A DNA stretch of 61,113 nucleotides, counting the filler, from Candidatus Tectimicrobiota bacterium (GTDB lineage: Bacteria; JACPSX01): the NCBI GenBank assembly GCA_016193065.1. It is 6 parts of 6 records of this genome, joined end to end, with 100 filler letters (N's around TTAATTAATTAA, not from the genome) between each part and the next. Parts side by side here need not be neighbours in the genome. Positions count along the whole stretch, not along the records: positions 7,205 to 17,054 come from JACPSX010000005.1; positions 17,155 to 40,048 come from JACPSX010000255.1; 4 more parts are not named here. One strand, written 5' to 3'. Positions 10,239-20,291 of this stretch are shown in pieces. The notes beneath the pieces are model-generated. The model searched no databases and was not told the DNA's origin. It saw only the letters and a program-made list of their open reading frames with translations. A program made the position numbers and the translations under genes. Within the stretch, counting starts at the first letter, position 1; each line of letters starts with the position of its first letter.

Positions 10239-12491
10239 ATGGCCGAAGTAGTCAAAGACAGAAAATCAGCCTTTGTGAGCACGGTAAAAAAGGACGAAGG
10301 GGGAATCCCCGGCGCCAAGCTCGGTGATCTCCTGATGCGCGAAGGTCTGATTACCAAGAGCCAGATTGAGGAAGCCACCCAATATCAGAAAAAACATGGA
10401 GGCCGGATCGGCTCCATCCTCCTCCTTCTGGGCTACATCGACGAAGACACCGTCCCCACGGTCTTGAGCCGCAGCCACGGCTATCCTGTCATTGACATGA
10501 GCCAGCAAAAAATAGAGGACCGCGTTCTGGCTCTGGTCCCGTACAGCATGGCGAAAGAGTACTTCCTGTTCCCGATCAGCAGCGCGAACAACGTCCTGCA
10601 AGTGGCCATGGCTGACCCTACAGACAGCAGTACCGTGGAAGAAGTTCAAATGAAGGTCCGGCTCAGCGTGAAAGCCGGGGTGTGCGCGGAAAAGCAGATC
10701 CTGGAAGCCTACAAGAAATACTACCAGGTCAGTGACGAAGAGATCGCCGGCTTCACTCCCAAAGTTGAAGAAATGGAAGAGGCCGTCAGCATCGACACCA
10801 TTGATGACTTTGGCAGCCTGGTGTCGGAAGCGGCGGATACTTTCACCGTCGTCGATGAATCCGCCGCTGGGAAGATGGAGGGGGATCAGTACTCGGCCAG
10901 CGATGCCCCCATTGTGAAGCTGGTCAACGGGATCCTGATCCGGGCCATCAAGGAAGGGGCCAGCGATATCCACATTGAGCCGTTTGAAACGGCCTTCTAC
11001 GTCCGCTATCGGAAGGACGGGGAGCTCCACAAGGCGATGAACCTCCCCTTGCAGATTAAGAACGCGATGACTTCGCGCATCAAGATTATGTCCAATCTGA
11101 ATATCTCCGAGCGCCGGGTCCCTCAGGACGGCCGGATCAAAATGACCTTGGGCAAGGGCAAGGCCGTCGACTTCCGGGTTTCCACCCTGCCCACGTTGTT
11201 CGGGGAATCGATCGTCATCCGGATCCTCGACAAGTCCAACCTGAACGTGGACCTCACCAAACTCGGGTTTACCAAGGCAGGCTTCGAAAGATTTCAAAAG
11301 ACCATTACCCGGCCCTACGGACTGATCCTGGTGACCGGCCCCACGGGGAGCGGGAAGACGACGACACTGTATTCAGCCCTCCACGCCCTGAACCGGGTGG
11401 ATACGAAGCTTCTGACTGCGGAAGATCCCGTGGAATTTAACTTCCGGGGAATTAACCAGGTGCTGATCCGAGAGGATATCGGGCTCACGTTTGCCGCGGC
11501 CTTGCGCTCGTTCCTCCGGCAAGATCCGGACGTCATCATGGTCGGTGAGATCCGCGACATTGAAACGGGGGAAATTGCCATCAAGGCGGCCATGACTGGG
11601 CACATGGTGCTCAGCACCTTGCACACCAACGACTGCGCCTCGACGATCGGGCGCCTGATTGACATGGGCATCCCCGGGTACATGGTGGCATCTGCCGTCA
11701 GCATGGTTCTGGCCCAGAGGCTGCTGCGCCGCATCTGCACCAAATGCAAGATGCCCGTCACCAAGATCAGCGCGGCTCTTCTCAAGGAAGCAGGCTTCTC
11801 GCCGAACGAGTTTTCCCAACTGCGGCTCTACACGGGGAAAGGCTGCCCGGAGTGCAGCAACGGTTACAAGGGACGGGTTGCCCTCTATGAGATCATGGAA
11901 GTGACGGAGAACGTTAAACAGGCGATCACATCCGCTGTTCCCGAAAGCCAGCTCCGCAAGATCGCCATGAAAGACGGGATGCTGACCCTGCGCCAGGAAG
12001 GACTGCAGAAGGTCCGGGAAGGAATCACGACTCTCGAAGAGGTCATGGCCAAGACGGTCAAGGAAAAGGAGATGCTTCCCGCTTACCTGCTGAATCCGGA
12101 TGAGCAGGTCTTCGAGGACGGCGATCTAATCATTAAAGAAGGGAACACGGACAAGAACTTCTACAAACTCATCCAGGGCTGTCTCGTGGTTACCAAAAAC
12201 GGGATTGTGGTGGGAGAGATCAGCCAGCCCGGGGAATACTTCGGAGAGATGAGCGCCCTCACCAACGAGCCCCGCACGGCAACCATCCGCTCCAAGGGCA
12301 AGAGCATCGTCAAGCTCTTCCCCGGAGATAAGCTGGCCGAGGTACTGGAGAAGTACCCGGAGATTGCCACCCACATCGTGACCACCCTGGCCAAGCGCCT
12401 CAATGAAGCCAACAACCGCATCCTGGCCGGCCAAAACGGTGGGGACAGGGGCCTGGAAGCGCTGGAGCAGAAGGCCGCCGCCCTCTCTTAA
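10239..12491 (+). CDS. pilB: Type IV-A pilus assembly ATPase PilB with N-terminal MshEN-like and C-terminal cyclic-nucleotide-binding domains
   Basis: 'ASDIHIEP', Walker A GPTGSGKT, 'LRQDPDVIMVGEIRD', Cys4 Zn motif; tail 'IIKEG...GEYFGEMSAL..EPRTATI'. Confidence 0.92.
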   Translation: MAEVVKDRKSAFVSTVKKDEGGIPGAKLGDLLMREGLITKSQIEEATQYQKKHGGRIGSILLLLGYIDEDTVPTVLSRSHGYPVIDMSQQKIEDRVLALVPYSMAKEYFLFPISSANNVLQVAMADPTDSSTVEEVQMKVRLSVKAGVCAEKQILEAYKKYYQVSDEEIAGFTPKVEEMEEAVSIDTIDDFGSLVSEAADTFTVVDESAAGKMEGDQYSASDAPIVKLVNGILIRAIKEGASDIHIEPFETAFYVRYRKDGELHKAMNLPLQIKNAMTSRIKIMSNLNISERRVPQDGRIKMTLGKGKAVDFRVSTLPTLFGESIVIRILDKSNLNVDLTKLGFTKAGFERFQKTITRPYGLILVTGPTGSGKTTTLYSALHALNRVDTKLLTAEDPVEFNFRGINQVLIREDIGLTFAAALRSFLRQDPDVIMVGEIRDIETGEIAIKAAMTGHMVLSTLHTNDCASTIGRLIDMGIPGYMVASAVSMVLAQRLLRRICTKCKMPVTKISAALLKEAGFSPNEFSQLRLYTGKGCPECSNGYKGRVALYEIMEVTENVKQAITSAVPESQLRKIAMKDGMLTLRQEGLQKVREGITTLEEVMAKTVKEKEMLPAYLLNPDEQVFEDGDLIIKEGNTDKNFYKLIQGCLVVTKNGIVVGEISQPGEYFGEMSALTNEPRTATIRSKGKSIVKLFPGDKLAEVLEKYPEIATHIVTTLAKRLNEANNRILAGQNGGDRGLEALEQKAAALS

Positions 12492-12497
12492 ATATCC

Positions 12498-13847
12498 TTA
12501 CGATCTTTTCTCCATCAACACCTTCTGAATCTTGACAACGACTTGGGCTACCTCCTGGGCTGTGCCTCCCAGCACCCGCACCATGGCCTCTTTGCCGAAA
12601 TCCCCCCGGTCCCAGATGATCTCCGGGACCTTGCCAAGTGTGTCGATTCCTCTTTGAACTCCCCACTCCAGTGAGGCCCCTTCTCTTTCCTTGAGCGCGG
12701 CGGGTTCCTCCTGGCGGTCGAAGGGCACGACGGAGAGCCCCAGCTTCTGGCAGGCCTCGACGATGTCCGGAGAATAGCGGATGTTCATGGCGGCTCTCAT
12801 CTCGGGGTCGTGCCTCATGGCCGTCAGGATGATGCGGGCGATATGGCGGGAGCCCCCGAAAGCGGGGGGACTCAGGCGCCGGAAGGTGTCCTCCCAGCGG
12901 ATCAGGCGGCCCGGGAAAGCAGCCACCTCCTCGGGGGAAATAGCTCTGGGCAAGGCCATCCCCAGATTCGATTGAACCTCGGGGATCAGGCCTCCGATCC
13001 GGGACTGTTCCAGGAGCTTGACGGCCTGCTCCAGGTTCTCCATGACCTCCCAGCGGTCCCGATAACTGTAGAGATCGAAGAGGTGATGGGTGGGGCCGAT
13101 CCCCTTGCCCACGGGGAAGGCGCTGCGGATGGCTCCGGCGGTGAATTCCTTGGCTCTCCGTACGGACTGCGCGAGGTCCAGACCCCGGGCCAGGAATGCG
13201 GCAATGGCCGCCGAGAACGTGCAGCCCGTCCCATGGGTGTTTTTGCTGGGGATTCGGTCCCCCCGAAAATGGATGATGCGGTTGCCGTCGAAATAAATGT
13301 CGATGGCCTCTCCTTCCAGGTGTCCCCCTTTCACCACCACCGCGCAGCCACTGCCCTCGTGGATGCTCCGGGCTGCTGCTTCCATGTCCGCGATTGTGGC
13401 CACCTTCCGGTTGGCGAGGATCTCGGTTTCCGGCAGGTTCGGGGTGATGATCGTAGCCAGAGGAAGGAGCAGCCGGATCAGGGTCTCCCGGGCCTCGGGT
13501 TGCAGGAGAGGGTCGCCGCTTTTGGCCGCCATGACGGGGTCCACGACCAGGCACTTCAGTCGGTACTGCCTAATCTTTGCGGCGACGGCCTCGATGATCT
13601 TGCGGTTGGAAAGCATCCCCGTCTTGAGGGCGGCCACGTCCAGGTCGCTCAAGACCGAGTCGAGCTGCAAGGCCACGAAGGGGGCCGGTAGATCCTGGAC
13701 CCCCTGGACTCCCTGGGTGTTCTGGGCCGTCACCGAAGTAATCACGCTGGTTCCGTAGACCCCGAGGGCGGCAAAGGTCTTCAAGTCCGCCTGGATTCCG
13801 GCTCCTCCTCCGGAGTCCGATCCTGCGATGGTCAGAGCGATCTTCAT
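12498..13847 (-). CDS. thiD: Bifunctional HMP/HMP-P kinase fused to ThiN-type thiamine-phosphate synthase (ThiDN)
   Basis: '[18 protein letters not shown]', '[10 protein letters not shown]'; C-terminal 'LIPEVQSN', 'FGGSRHIAR', 'GKEAMVRV'. Confidence 0.92.
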   Translation of the reverse strand: MKIALTIAGSDSGGGAGIQADLKTFAALGVYGTSVITSVTAQNTQGVQGVQDLPAPFVALQLDSVLSDLDVAALKTGMLSNRKIIEAVAAKIRQYRLKCLVVDPVMAAKSGDPLLQPEARETLIRLLLPLATIITPNLPETEILANRKVATIADMEAAARSIHEGSGCAVVVKGGHLEGEAIDIYFDGNRIIHFRGDRIPSKNTHGTGCTFSAAIAAFLARGLDLAQSVRRAKEFTAGAIRSAFPVGKGIGPTHHLFDLYSYRDRWEVMENLEQAVKLLEQSRIGGLIPEVQSNLGMALPRAISPEEVAAFPGRLIRWEDTFRRLSPPAFGGSRHIARIILTAMRHDPEMRAAMNIRYSPDIVEACQKLGLSVVPFDRQEEPAALKEREGASLEWGVQRGIDTLGKVPEIIWDRGDFGKEAMVRVLGGTAQEVAQVVVKIQKVLMEKRS

Positions 13848-13894
13848 GGATTTCCCTCGATCTTGAGCGGTTGCTGTGTTTGCGGCCTCCCGGG

Positions 13895-14914
13895 TCATTG
13901 GGAGACCGTGGGGAGAAGGGAGTTCGTGAACATCTTCTCCACGGGGGTCTTTTTCTCGATCAGTTTGTATTTGAGCATCCAGTTCTGCAGGCGATCCCAT
14001 TTTTCGGCGCCCTGCAGACCCAGGGGATCCTCAGTCGGCTTCATCAGGGGCACGGCCACTTCCGTGCCGCGCTGGACAATCTCCTTTTGCAGATCGCGGT
14101 TGGCCTTCAGGAGAATCGCCGCGGAGCCAGCCGGGTCCTTGAACAGGTCTTCGGTCCCTTTGCGAACCGCCTTCAGGAAACTGCGCAGCACCTCTCCGTT
14201 TCGCGCTACAAACCGCTCGTTCGTGATGATGACGAGTTCATAGTAATCAGGGATGCCGTAGTCCTGGATTTTCATGATGTTGACTTCCTGCCCCTTGAGA
14301 GCTGCTTCAACGGCCTCCCAGGTAATGTAGGCGCCCACTACGGCGTCCACGCGCTTGCTCAAGAGCCCCTGAGTCAAATTGAAACCCAGGTTCACCACTT
14401 GAAAATCCTTGCTGCTGAACCCGTAGTCGGCGGCCAGGGAGGCCAAAATCGCCTGGTCCTGTGGAATCATGGGAGAGCCAATCTTCTTGCCGATCAGATC
14501 CCTGGGCTCCCGGATGTTGGCCTCCTTGAAGGAGAGGATCACGTTCAACGGGTGCTGAAAGAGAGGCCAGATGGAAACCACCGGGATGCCCTTGGAGCGG
14601 GCCAGGATGACCTCCATGGGATAGCTGATCCCCAGGTCCAGCTTCCCCGTGCCCACCAGTTTGACGGGATCCGTGGTCCCCGAGGGGGTGCGGAACTGGA
14701 CGCGAAGCCCCTCGCGCTCGAAGTAACCCCTCTCTTTGGCCGTGTATAGCGCCAGGTGGGAGACATTCGGGAACCAGTCCAGAAGGACGTTGAGGGGGCG
14801 CAGCTTGGGAGCCCCCAGGACCCCGCCCGGGAATCCGGCCAGGATTCCAACCACGAGGACCAGGGTCACCTGCCATGCCCGCGTGCTCGTGCGCAGCCCG
14901 GTTGCCATGCTCAT
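13895..14914 (-). CDS. ABC substrate-binding protein, NMT1/THI5-like (ThiY-like)
   Basis: 'LDWFPN.SH', 'PDYYELVI', signal peptide, TPP-regulated operon. Confidence 0.88.
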   Translation of the reverse strand: MSMATGLRTSTRAWQVTLVLVVGILAGFPGGVLGAPKLRPLNVLLDWFPNVSHLALYTAKERGYFEREGLRVQFRTPSGTTDPVKLVGTGKLDLGISYPMEVILARSKGIPVVSIWPLFQHPLNVILSFKEANIREPRDLIGKKIGSPMIPQDQAILASLAADYGFSSKDFQVVNLGFNLTQGLLSKRVDAVVGAYITWEAVEAALKGQEVNIMKIQDYGIPDYYELVIITNERFVARNGEVLRSFLKAVRKGTEDLFKDPAGSAAILLKANRDLQKEIVQRGTEVAVPLMKPTEDPLGLQGAEKWDRLQNWMLKYKLIEKKTPVEKMFTNSLLPTVSQ

Positions 14915-14937
14915 AGGAACCTCCCCGGCAAGCCGTC

Positions 14938-15777
14938 TCAGAGACCGCCTGCAAATTTCCACTTCAGCGAGAGCCTTTCCATGCCCGCCACCAGGGCAAA
15001 AAGCACGATGCCCAGAACAGACAGAACCAAGATAGAAGCAAACATCAGGTCTGTCTGCAACTGGGCATTGGCGACAATCATCAGATAGCCTATTCCTTCC
15101 TGCGCGCCAACCCATTCCCCGATCACGGCGCCGATGACGCTGTAGGTGATCCCCACTTTGGTTCCCGAAAACAGATAGGGGAGCGCGGAGGGGACCCGCA
15201 CCTTGAAGAAGAGCTGAGCCGGTGTGGCGAGCATGGTTCTCAGCAGATTGATCAAATCCCGGTCCGCGGAGCGCAGGCCGTCCACGGCGTTGACCGTGAT
15301 GGGGAAAAAGACGATAAGGGCCGTGACAATGATCTTGGGAAGCATTCCGTAGCCGAACCAGACCACGAGCAGGGGCGCAATGGCAATCACGGGGATGGTC
15401 TGGGAAGCAATGATCAGAGGGTAGAAAGCCCGCTCTACAGTGGTCGAGAAGGCGATGGCGGCCGCCAGCAGGATTCCCGAGGCAAAGCCGAGCCCAAATC
15501 CCAAAAGAGTCTCCGCGAGCGTAGTCTCAAGATGGGGCAGAATCGTTCCCCAAGACTCCAGCAGCGTTTTCAAGATCCGCAGGGGAGAGGGGAGAATGTA
15601 GGGGTCCACGCGGCCCAAGCTGACGATCCCTTGCCACAGGATCAAGAACCCCAGGATGACAAGTGCCGGGGGGAGGTAGCGCGCCAGGCGCCGGGCCGGG
15701 GGGATGCGCGAGGCGGATGGATAGATCCTCTCTGCCCCTGCGGCGCGTAAGACGGGTGAGGCCAGGGGACCTGTCAT
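14938..15777 (-). CDS. ABC permease (ThiX/SsuC type)
   Basis: 'QTIPVIAIAPL', 'FFPI', 'AVIGEWVGA..GIG'. Confidence 0.9.
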   Translation of the reverse strand: MTGPLASPVLRAAGAERIYPSASRIPPARRLARYLPPALVILGFLILWQGIVSLGRVDPYILPSPLRILKTLLESWGTILPHLETTLAETLLGFGLGFASGILLAAAIAFSTTVERAFYPLIIASQTIPVIAIAPLLVVWFGYGMLPKIIVTALIVFFPITVNAVDGLRSADRDLINLLRTMLATPAQLFFKVRVPSALPYLFSGTKVGITYSVIGAVIGEWVGAQEGIGYLMIVANAQLQTDLMFASILVLSVLGIVLFALVAGMERLSLKWKFAGGL

Positions 15778-16565
15778 GAGGCTTCTTCCTGAAAAGCCCG
15801 CACGCTCTCTTCCTGGATCATCTCCAGAAGCTCTCTCTTGAGAGACGTGAATTCGGGGAGAATTTCTGCCACCGGGGGCCGGGGTCTCGTCAAGGTCACG
15901 GTTTTTTCGAGCTTGACGCGGCCGGGCCTGGCGGTCATGACGTAAATCCGATCCGACAGCAGGATGGCTTCGTCCACGTCATGGGTCACGAACAAAATGG
16001 TCGATTTCCATTCTTGCCACAGGCCCAGGAGCCACTGCTGCATGAGAGAGCGGGTCATGGCATCCAGGGCTCCAAAAGGTTCATCGAGAAGCAGGATGTC
16101 CCGGTGCTGCAGGAAAGTCCGCAGAAGGGCCACGCGCTGCCTCATTCCGCCCGAGAGCATGGCGGGGTAGTAATCTCCAAAGCCCTGGAGCCCGAATTGG
16201 GGCAGGAGGGCCCGGGCTTCCGCCAGAGCCTTTTCCCGAGGCGTCCCGCCAATTTCCAGAGGGATGATGGCATTGCCGAGAACCGTGCGCCAGGGTAGAA
16301 GCAGATCGCGCTGCAGCATGTAGCCAAAGAGCCCGGAGACCCCTTGCACGGGAGTTCCGTCGCAACGGATGGTCCCGCTGGTCGGAGGGAGAAGGCCCAC
16401 CAGAATGTTGAAGAGGGAACTCTTGCCGCATCCGCTGGGCCCCAGGATGCTGACAAACTCCCGGGGGAACACAACCAGGTCCACTCCTTCCAGCACCGGA
16501 AAGGAGGCCCCGTTCACTCCGAACACTTTGCTGAGCCCTTCCACTTGCAATTTCGGCAGGCTCAT
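15774..16565 (-). CDS. ABC ATP-binding protein (ThiZ/SsuB type)
   Basis: GPSGCGKS, LSGGMRQR, LLDEPFGALD. Confidence 0.92.
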   Translation of the reverse strand: MSLPKLQVEGLSKVFGVNGASFPVLEGVDLVVFPREFVSILGPSGCGKSSLFNILVGLLPPTSGTIRCDGTPVQGVSGLFGYMLQRDLLLPWRTVLGNAIIPLEIGGTPREKALAEARALLPQFGLQGFGDYYPAMLSGGMRQRVALLRTFLQHRDILLLDEPFGALDAMTRSLMQQWLLGLWQEWKSTILFVTHDVDEAILLSDRIYVMTARPGRVKLEKTVTLTRPRPPVAEILPEFTSLKRELLEMIQEESVRAFQEEAS

Positions 16566-16574
16566 GAGCGCCTC

Positions 16575-16605
16575 AAAAAAAACGCATCCCGCGGCGGGGA
16601 TGCGT
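16575..16605 (-). terminator. Intrinsic terminator in the riboswitch expression platform
   Basis: ACGCATCCC/GGGATGCGT stem followed by a T8 run on the minus strand, between aptamer and start codon. Confidence 0.8.
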
Positions 16606-16627
16606 CACTTGTGGCTGGAAGGACCTT

Positions 16628-16725
16628 GGAACGATTCCCTACGCTGGCATTACCCAGATCAGGTTCTAGGGGTCACCCCGATGTGCAGGGTTTCTCAGCC
16701 GCAAGTGGCTCCCCCACTGGCTAGT
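16628..16725 (-). ncRNA. TPP riboswitch
   Basis: Minus strand GGGGAGCC...GGCTGAGA...ACCC..GAACCTGATCTGGGTAATGCCAGCGTAGGGA upstream of thiamine genes. Confidence 0.95.
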
Positions 16726-16730
16726 TGCAG

Positions 16731-16758
16731 AGTATGCCCTCCGACCGGGCAGTGTCAA
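16731..16758 (-). promoter_or_regulatory. Sigma70-type promoter of the thiamine operon
   Basis: TTGACA-N16-CATACT directly upstream of the aptamer. Confidence 0.6.
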
Positions 16759-17054
16759 GCCCCTTGCCCTAGTCCCCGCCAGCGCAGGCGCTCGTGACAG
16801 AACAGAGCCGCAGCTCCGCGAATGCTGGTGTGTTTGTCCAGGGAGGCAAAGTTGATGCGGGTGGCCTCAAAGGCTTCCCGGAAGGCGTAGCGGCGGGCCC
16901 ATTCCCGGATGGAATTGAGATACTTCCCCTTTCCTTCCAGGAGACCGCCCCCCAGGAGGATCATCTCCGGATTGAGGAAGTTGATGATGTTGCCCACCGC
17001 TGCCCCCAGGTGCTGAACGATTTCTCCGACGAGCTCCCGGCACAGGGGATCCCC
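16755..17054 (-). CDS. ROK family protein, C-terminal partial
   Basis: 'GNIINFLNPEMILLGGG', 'IRGAAAL'. Confidence 0.8.
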   Translation of the reverse strand, partial: GDPLCRELVGEIVQHLGAAVGNIINFLNPEMILLGGGLLEGKGKYLNSIREWARRYAFREAFEATRINFASLDKHTSIRGAAALFCHERLRWRGLGQGA

Positions 17055-17154
17055 NNNNNNNNNNNNNNNNNNNNNNNNNNNNNNNNNNNNNNNNNNNNTT
17101 AATTAATTAANNNNNNNNNNNNNNNNNNNNNNNNNNNNNNNNNNNNNNNNNNNN
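17055..17154. other. Artificial contig linker
   Basis: N run with TTAATTAATTAA. Confidence 0.99.
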
Positions 17155-18827
17155 GCCATGGCCACGGCCATGTGCGTGTACTCCACCCGGTCGTACCCTT
17201 CGATGCCGGTGGGATCGCTGCCCAGTTCCTTGAGCCTGTGATCGAGCAGGATCCGGGTACCGGCTCCCTTCTGGCGGTTTACGAACTTCAGCCCTTTCCT
17301 GCCCAGGTCCTTGAGACCTTCAATCCCCTTGGGGTTTCCCTTGGGGATGATGAGCCCCTGCTCTCTCAGGGCTAGGTGCACCACGGTCACCTCGACGCCT
17401 TTCAAGTAGCGCTCGATGTAGGGGAAGTTGTAGCGTCCGGTCTCCGTATCCAGCAGGTGAGAGCCGGCCAGGTGGGCCTCCCCGTTTTTGAGGGCCATGA
17501 GTCCCCCCAGGCTCCCCACGTTTGTGGAGGAGAGGCTGAGCTCCGGGTGTCGGCGGCGCAGCTCCGTGTAGAGGAGGTCGAGAGTCAGGTCGTGACTGCC
17601 GATGACCACCACGCTGTTTTCAATCTCCTCTTCCGAACGCAGAAGGTCGGCCTCGACGATCTCCCCCTGGTTGATCCCTTCGGAAAAGCGGGAGATCTTG
17701 ATGATCCCGTCCGCCTTTACCAGGGAAGTAATCACGGCGGCTCCCCGGCTCAGGGGAGAGGCGATGATCTTGTCTCCCACCTTGCCCAGCTTCACCCGCA
17801 CGTACTCGTCGTTGCCCAATCGGGAAGGAATATTGCGGGGTACCAGAACCTTGACTTTTTTCGGTGCGGGCATGGGGATGCCCAGAAACTTGTACATCAG
17901 AGGCCGCACGAACTCCTCGAAGGAAATAATGGCCGAGACGGGGTAGCCGGGGATGCCGAGCACGGGCTTGTCGCGGACGACGCCGATCACAGTGGGCTTA
18001 CCGGGCATGATGCTCACCCCGTGCACCAGGAGCTTGCCCAGATCGCCGATGACCCGGGCTGTAAAATCCTCGCGGCCCGCCGAGGAGCCCGCGTTGATAG
18101 TCACGATGTCGCAGGTCTCCAGGGCCTGGTTGAGAGCTCGGCAGAGGTCTTCGTAGCTGTCCTTGACGATGGGAAATCGGACTCCTTCCCCTTCCCACTG
18201 CTGCGCATATGCGCACAGGACCCGGGAATTAAATTCGATGATGTCCCCGCTCTTGAGCGGGATCCCGGGCTCCACGAGTTCATCCCCCGTGGGGATCACG
18301 GCCACCCGGGGGCGGCGGCGCACGGGCACACGGGTGATCCCGCCGGCCAAAAGGGCGCCCAGGTCGCAGGGACGGATCCGGTGGTTTTCGGGGAGGATGA
18401 GCTCCGTGACCACGATGTCCTCGCCAGCCACCCGGACGTAGTACCAGGGGGGGACGGAGGCGACAATCTCGATGGCCTCTTCTCCAATAGGCTGCACGTC
18501 TTCAATCTTGATGACGGCGTTCATGCCGGAGGGCAGAGGATCTCCGGTGTCCAGGGGCACGGCCTGTTCCGGGATCTGCAGGCGGACCGGCTCGCGCTCG
18601 CTGGCTGTATAGGTCTCCTCGGCACGCACGGCGTAGCCGTCCATGGCGCTGGCGTGAAAATGAGGCGAGGAGATCGGAGCGAAAATGGCCCTGGCGGTGA
18701 TGCGCCCCAGGGACTCCGCGACGTCCACTTCTTCCCAGGGCCGGGGGGAGGGGAAGTGAACCTCGGAGAACAGGAGGGTTCGCGCCTCCTCGAGAGGTTT
18801 CTTGTCCAGATAGACCTTGCGCTCCAT
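17155..18827 (-). CDS. moeA: MoeA fused to a PBP-like (molybdate/tungstate-binding) domain, 3' partial
   Basis: 'SAMDGYAV', 'GSSAGREDF', 'PGKPT', 'PGYPVS'; then 'GSHDL', 'GSLGGL', 'FVNRQKGAGTR'. Confidence 0.9.
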
Positions 18828-18950
18828 GAAAACTTCCCCCGCAATCCCGGTAGCGTTCCAACTGGATGTGCCCGATCTGAGCGAATTGACGGGCGGCAAA
18901 ATTATAAACCCTGCGAACCGGGAACGTAGCCCAAAATCGTTGGAACGGTA

Positions 18951-20183
18951 CTAGAAGAGGATCACTTCGACTTCCTGCCCTTCTCTGAGACCTTCCGAAT
19001 TCAGGTCGATCCGAATGTAACCATCGGCCTTTACCATCGTGGAGATCATGCTGGACTTCCCCAGTACCGGCTGTGCCACCCAACCTCCGTTGGACTTCTC
19101 GAGGGCGACCCGGATGTAGTCTTCACGCCCCTGGGCCGAGGCCACGTTTCGCGACAGGCGAGCGTGCAGCGTTCTTCGCCAGTTCCCCCCCTCGATCGGC
19201 AGCCCGGCCAAGTGGCGGATCAGAGATTTCCCAAAAACCTCGAAGACGATCATGGCCGACACGGGATGGCCCGGCAGCCCGATGACCGGCTTGCTTCCGA
19301 CCCGAGCCACGATCGTGGGCTTGCCCGGGCTGATGGAAATGCCATGGACGAGAACACCGGGTTCCCCCAGCGATTCGATGATCTCCACCGTGAAATCCTT
19401 GCGCCCGATCGAGCTGCCGCCCGAGATGAGGACAAGATCCGTGCGCTCCAGGGCATCGGTGACCACCTGGCGGATGGTTTCATAATCGTCGCGAACAATC
19501 CCGCGGTGATCGACGACCCCTCCGCACTCCTCGATCATGGCCCCGATGGAGTACTGGTTCAGGTTGCGGATCTGGCCGGGAGCAGGAACCTGTTCGGGAT
19601 CGACCAGCTCATCTCCCGTGGCGATCAGGGAGACCACAGGCTTGCGGTAGACCCGCAGGCGGGTAATCCCCAGCGCGGAGAGGGCGCCGATCTCCTGAGG
19701 CCGTATGAGCCTGCCGGCCTCCAGGATCACGTCGCCCCGGCGCACGTCTTCTCCCGCCCGCAGCACTCCGTCCCACGGCGCACAGGCGCGGGTCACCTCC
19801 AGCGTGCGGTCGTCCGGCAGGTTCGTATACTCTTCCATAACCACCGCGTCCGCGCCCGGAGGGAGCATCCCCCCCGTGGCGATCTTGATCGCCCGGCCCG
19901 CGCTGACGGGCTCGCGGGCTTCCTCCCCCATGGAGATTTCTCCGGTCATCTCCAGGTAAACGGGCACTCCATCCGAAGCTCCGAACGTGTCCTTGGCCAG
20001 GACCGCGTAGCCGTCCACGGTGGCTCGATGAAAGGGGGGGAGATTTTCCGGAGAGGTGACCGGTTCGGCCGTCACGCGCCCCAGCGCCGAGGATGTAGCC
20101 GTCTCTTCCTTTGATGCGGGTGGGAACTCCCGCAGGATTTCGAAAACTTCGCCGGGGGTTTTCACCTGAAAGAAAGGCTTCAT
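18951..20183 (-). CDS. moeA: Molybdopterin molybdotransferase
   Basis: 'ATVDGYAV', 'IATGGMLP.GADAVVM.E', 'SGGSSIG..DF', 'LPGHPVS'. Confidence 0.92.
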   Translation of the reverse strand: MKPFFQVKTPGEVFEILREFPPASKEETATSSALGRVTAEPVTSPENLPPFHRATVDGYAVLAKDTFGASDGVPVYLEMTGEISMGEEAREPVSAGRAIKIATGGMLPPGADAVVMEEYTNLPDDRTLEVTRACAPWDGVLRAGEDVRRGDVILEAGRLIRPQEIGALSALGITRLRVYRKPVVSLIATGDELVDPEQVPAPGQIRNLNQYSIGAMIEECGGVVDHRGIVRDDYETIRQVVTDALERTDLVLISGGSSIGRKDFTVEIIESLGEPGVLVHGISISPGKPTIVARVGSKPVIGLPGHPVSAMIVFEVFGKSLIRHLAGLPIEGGNWRRTLHARLSRNVASAQGREDYIRVALEKSNGGWVAQPVLGKSSMISTMVKADGYIRIDLNSEGLREGQEVEVILF

Positions 20184-20291
20184 CTCATGGTTCCATGCCG
20201 TTTGCTGGCGGGTGCTGTAAAAGACGATACGCCCTTACTCTAGGGCACCCCACCCCCCTTGTCAAGCAAAGGGGTCCCTGACGATGGGTTC

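Noticed and set aside
17376-18929. Long antisense ORFs (also 1166-2314, 25770-27299, 55043-56332)
   Set aside because: Shadows of well-supported genes on the opposite strand in high-GC DNA.
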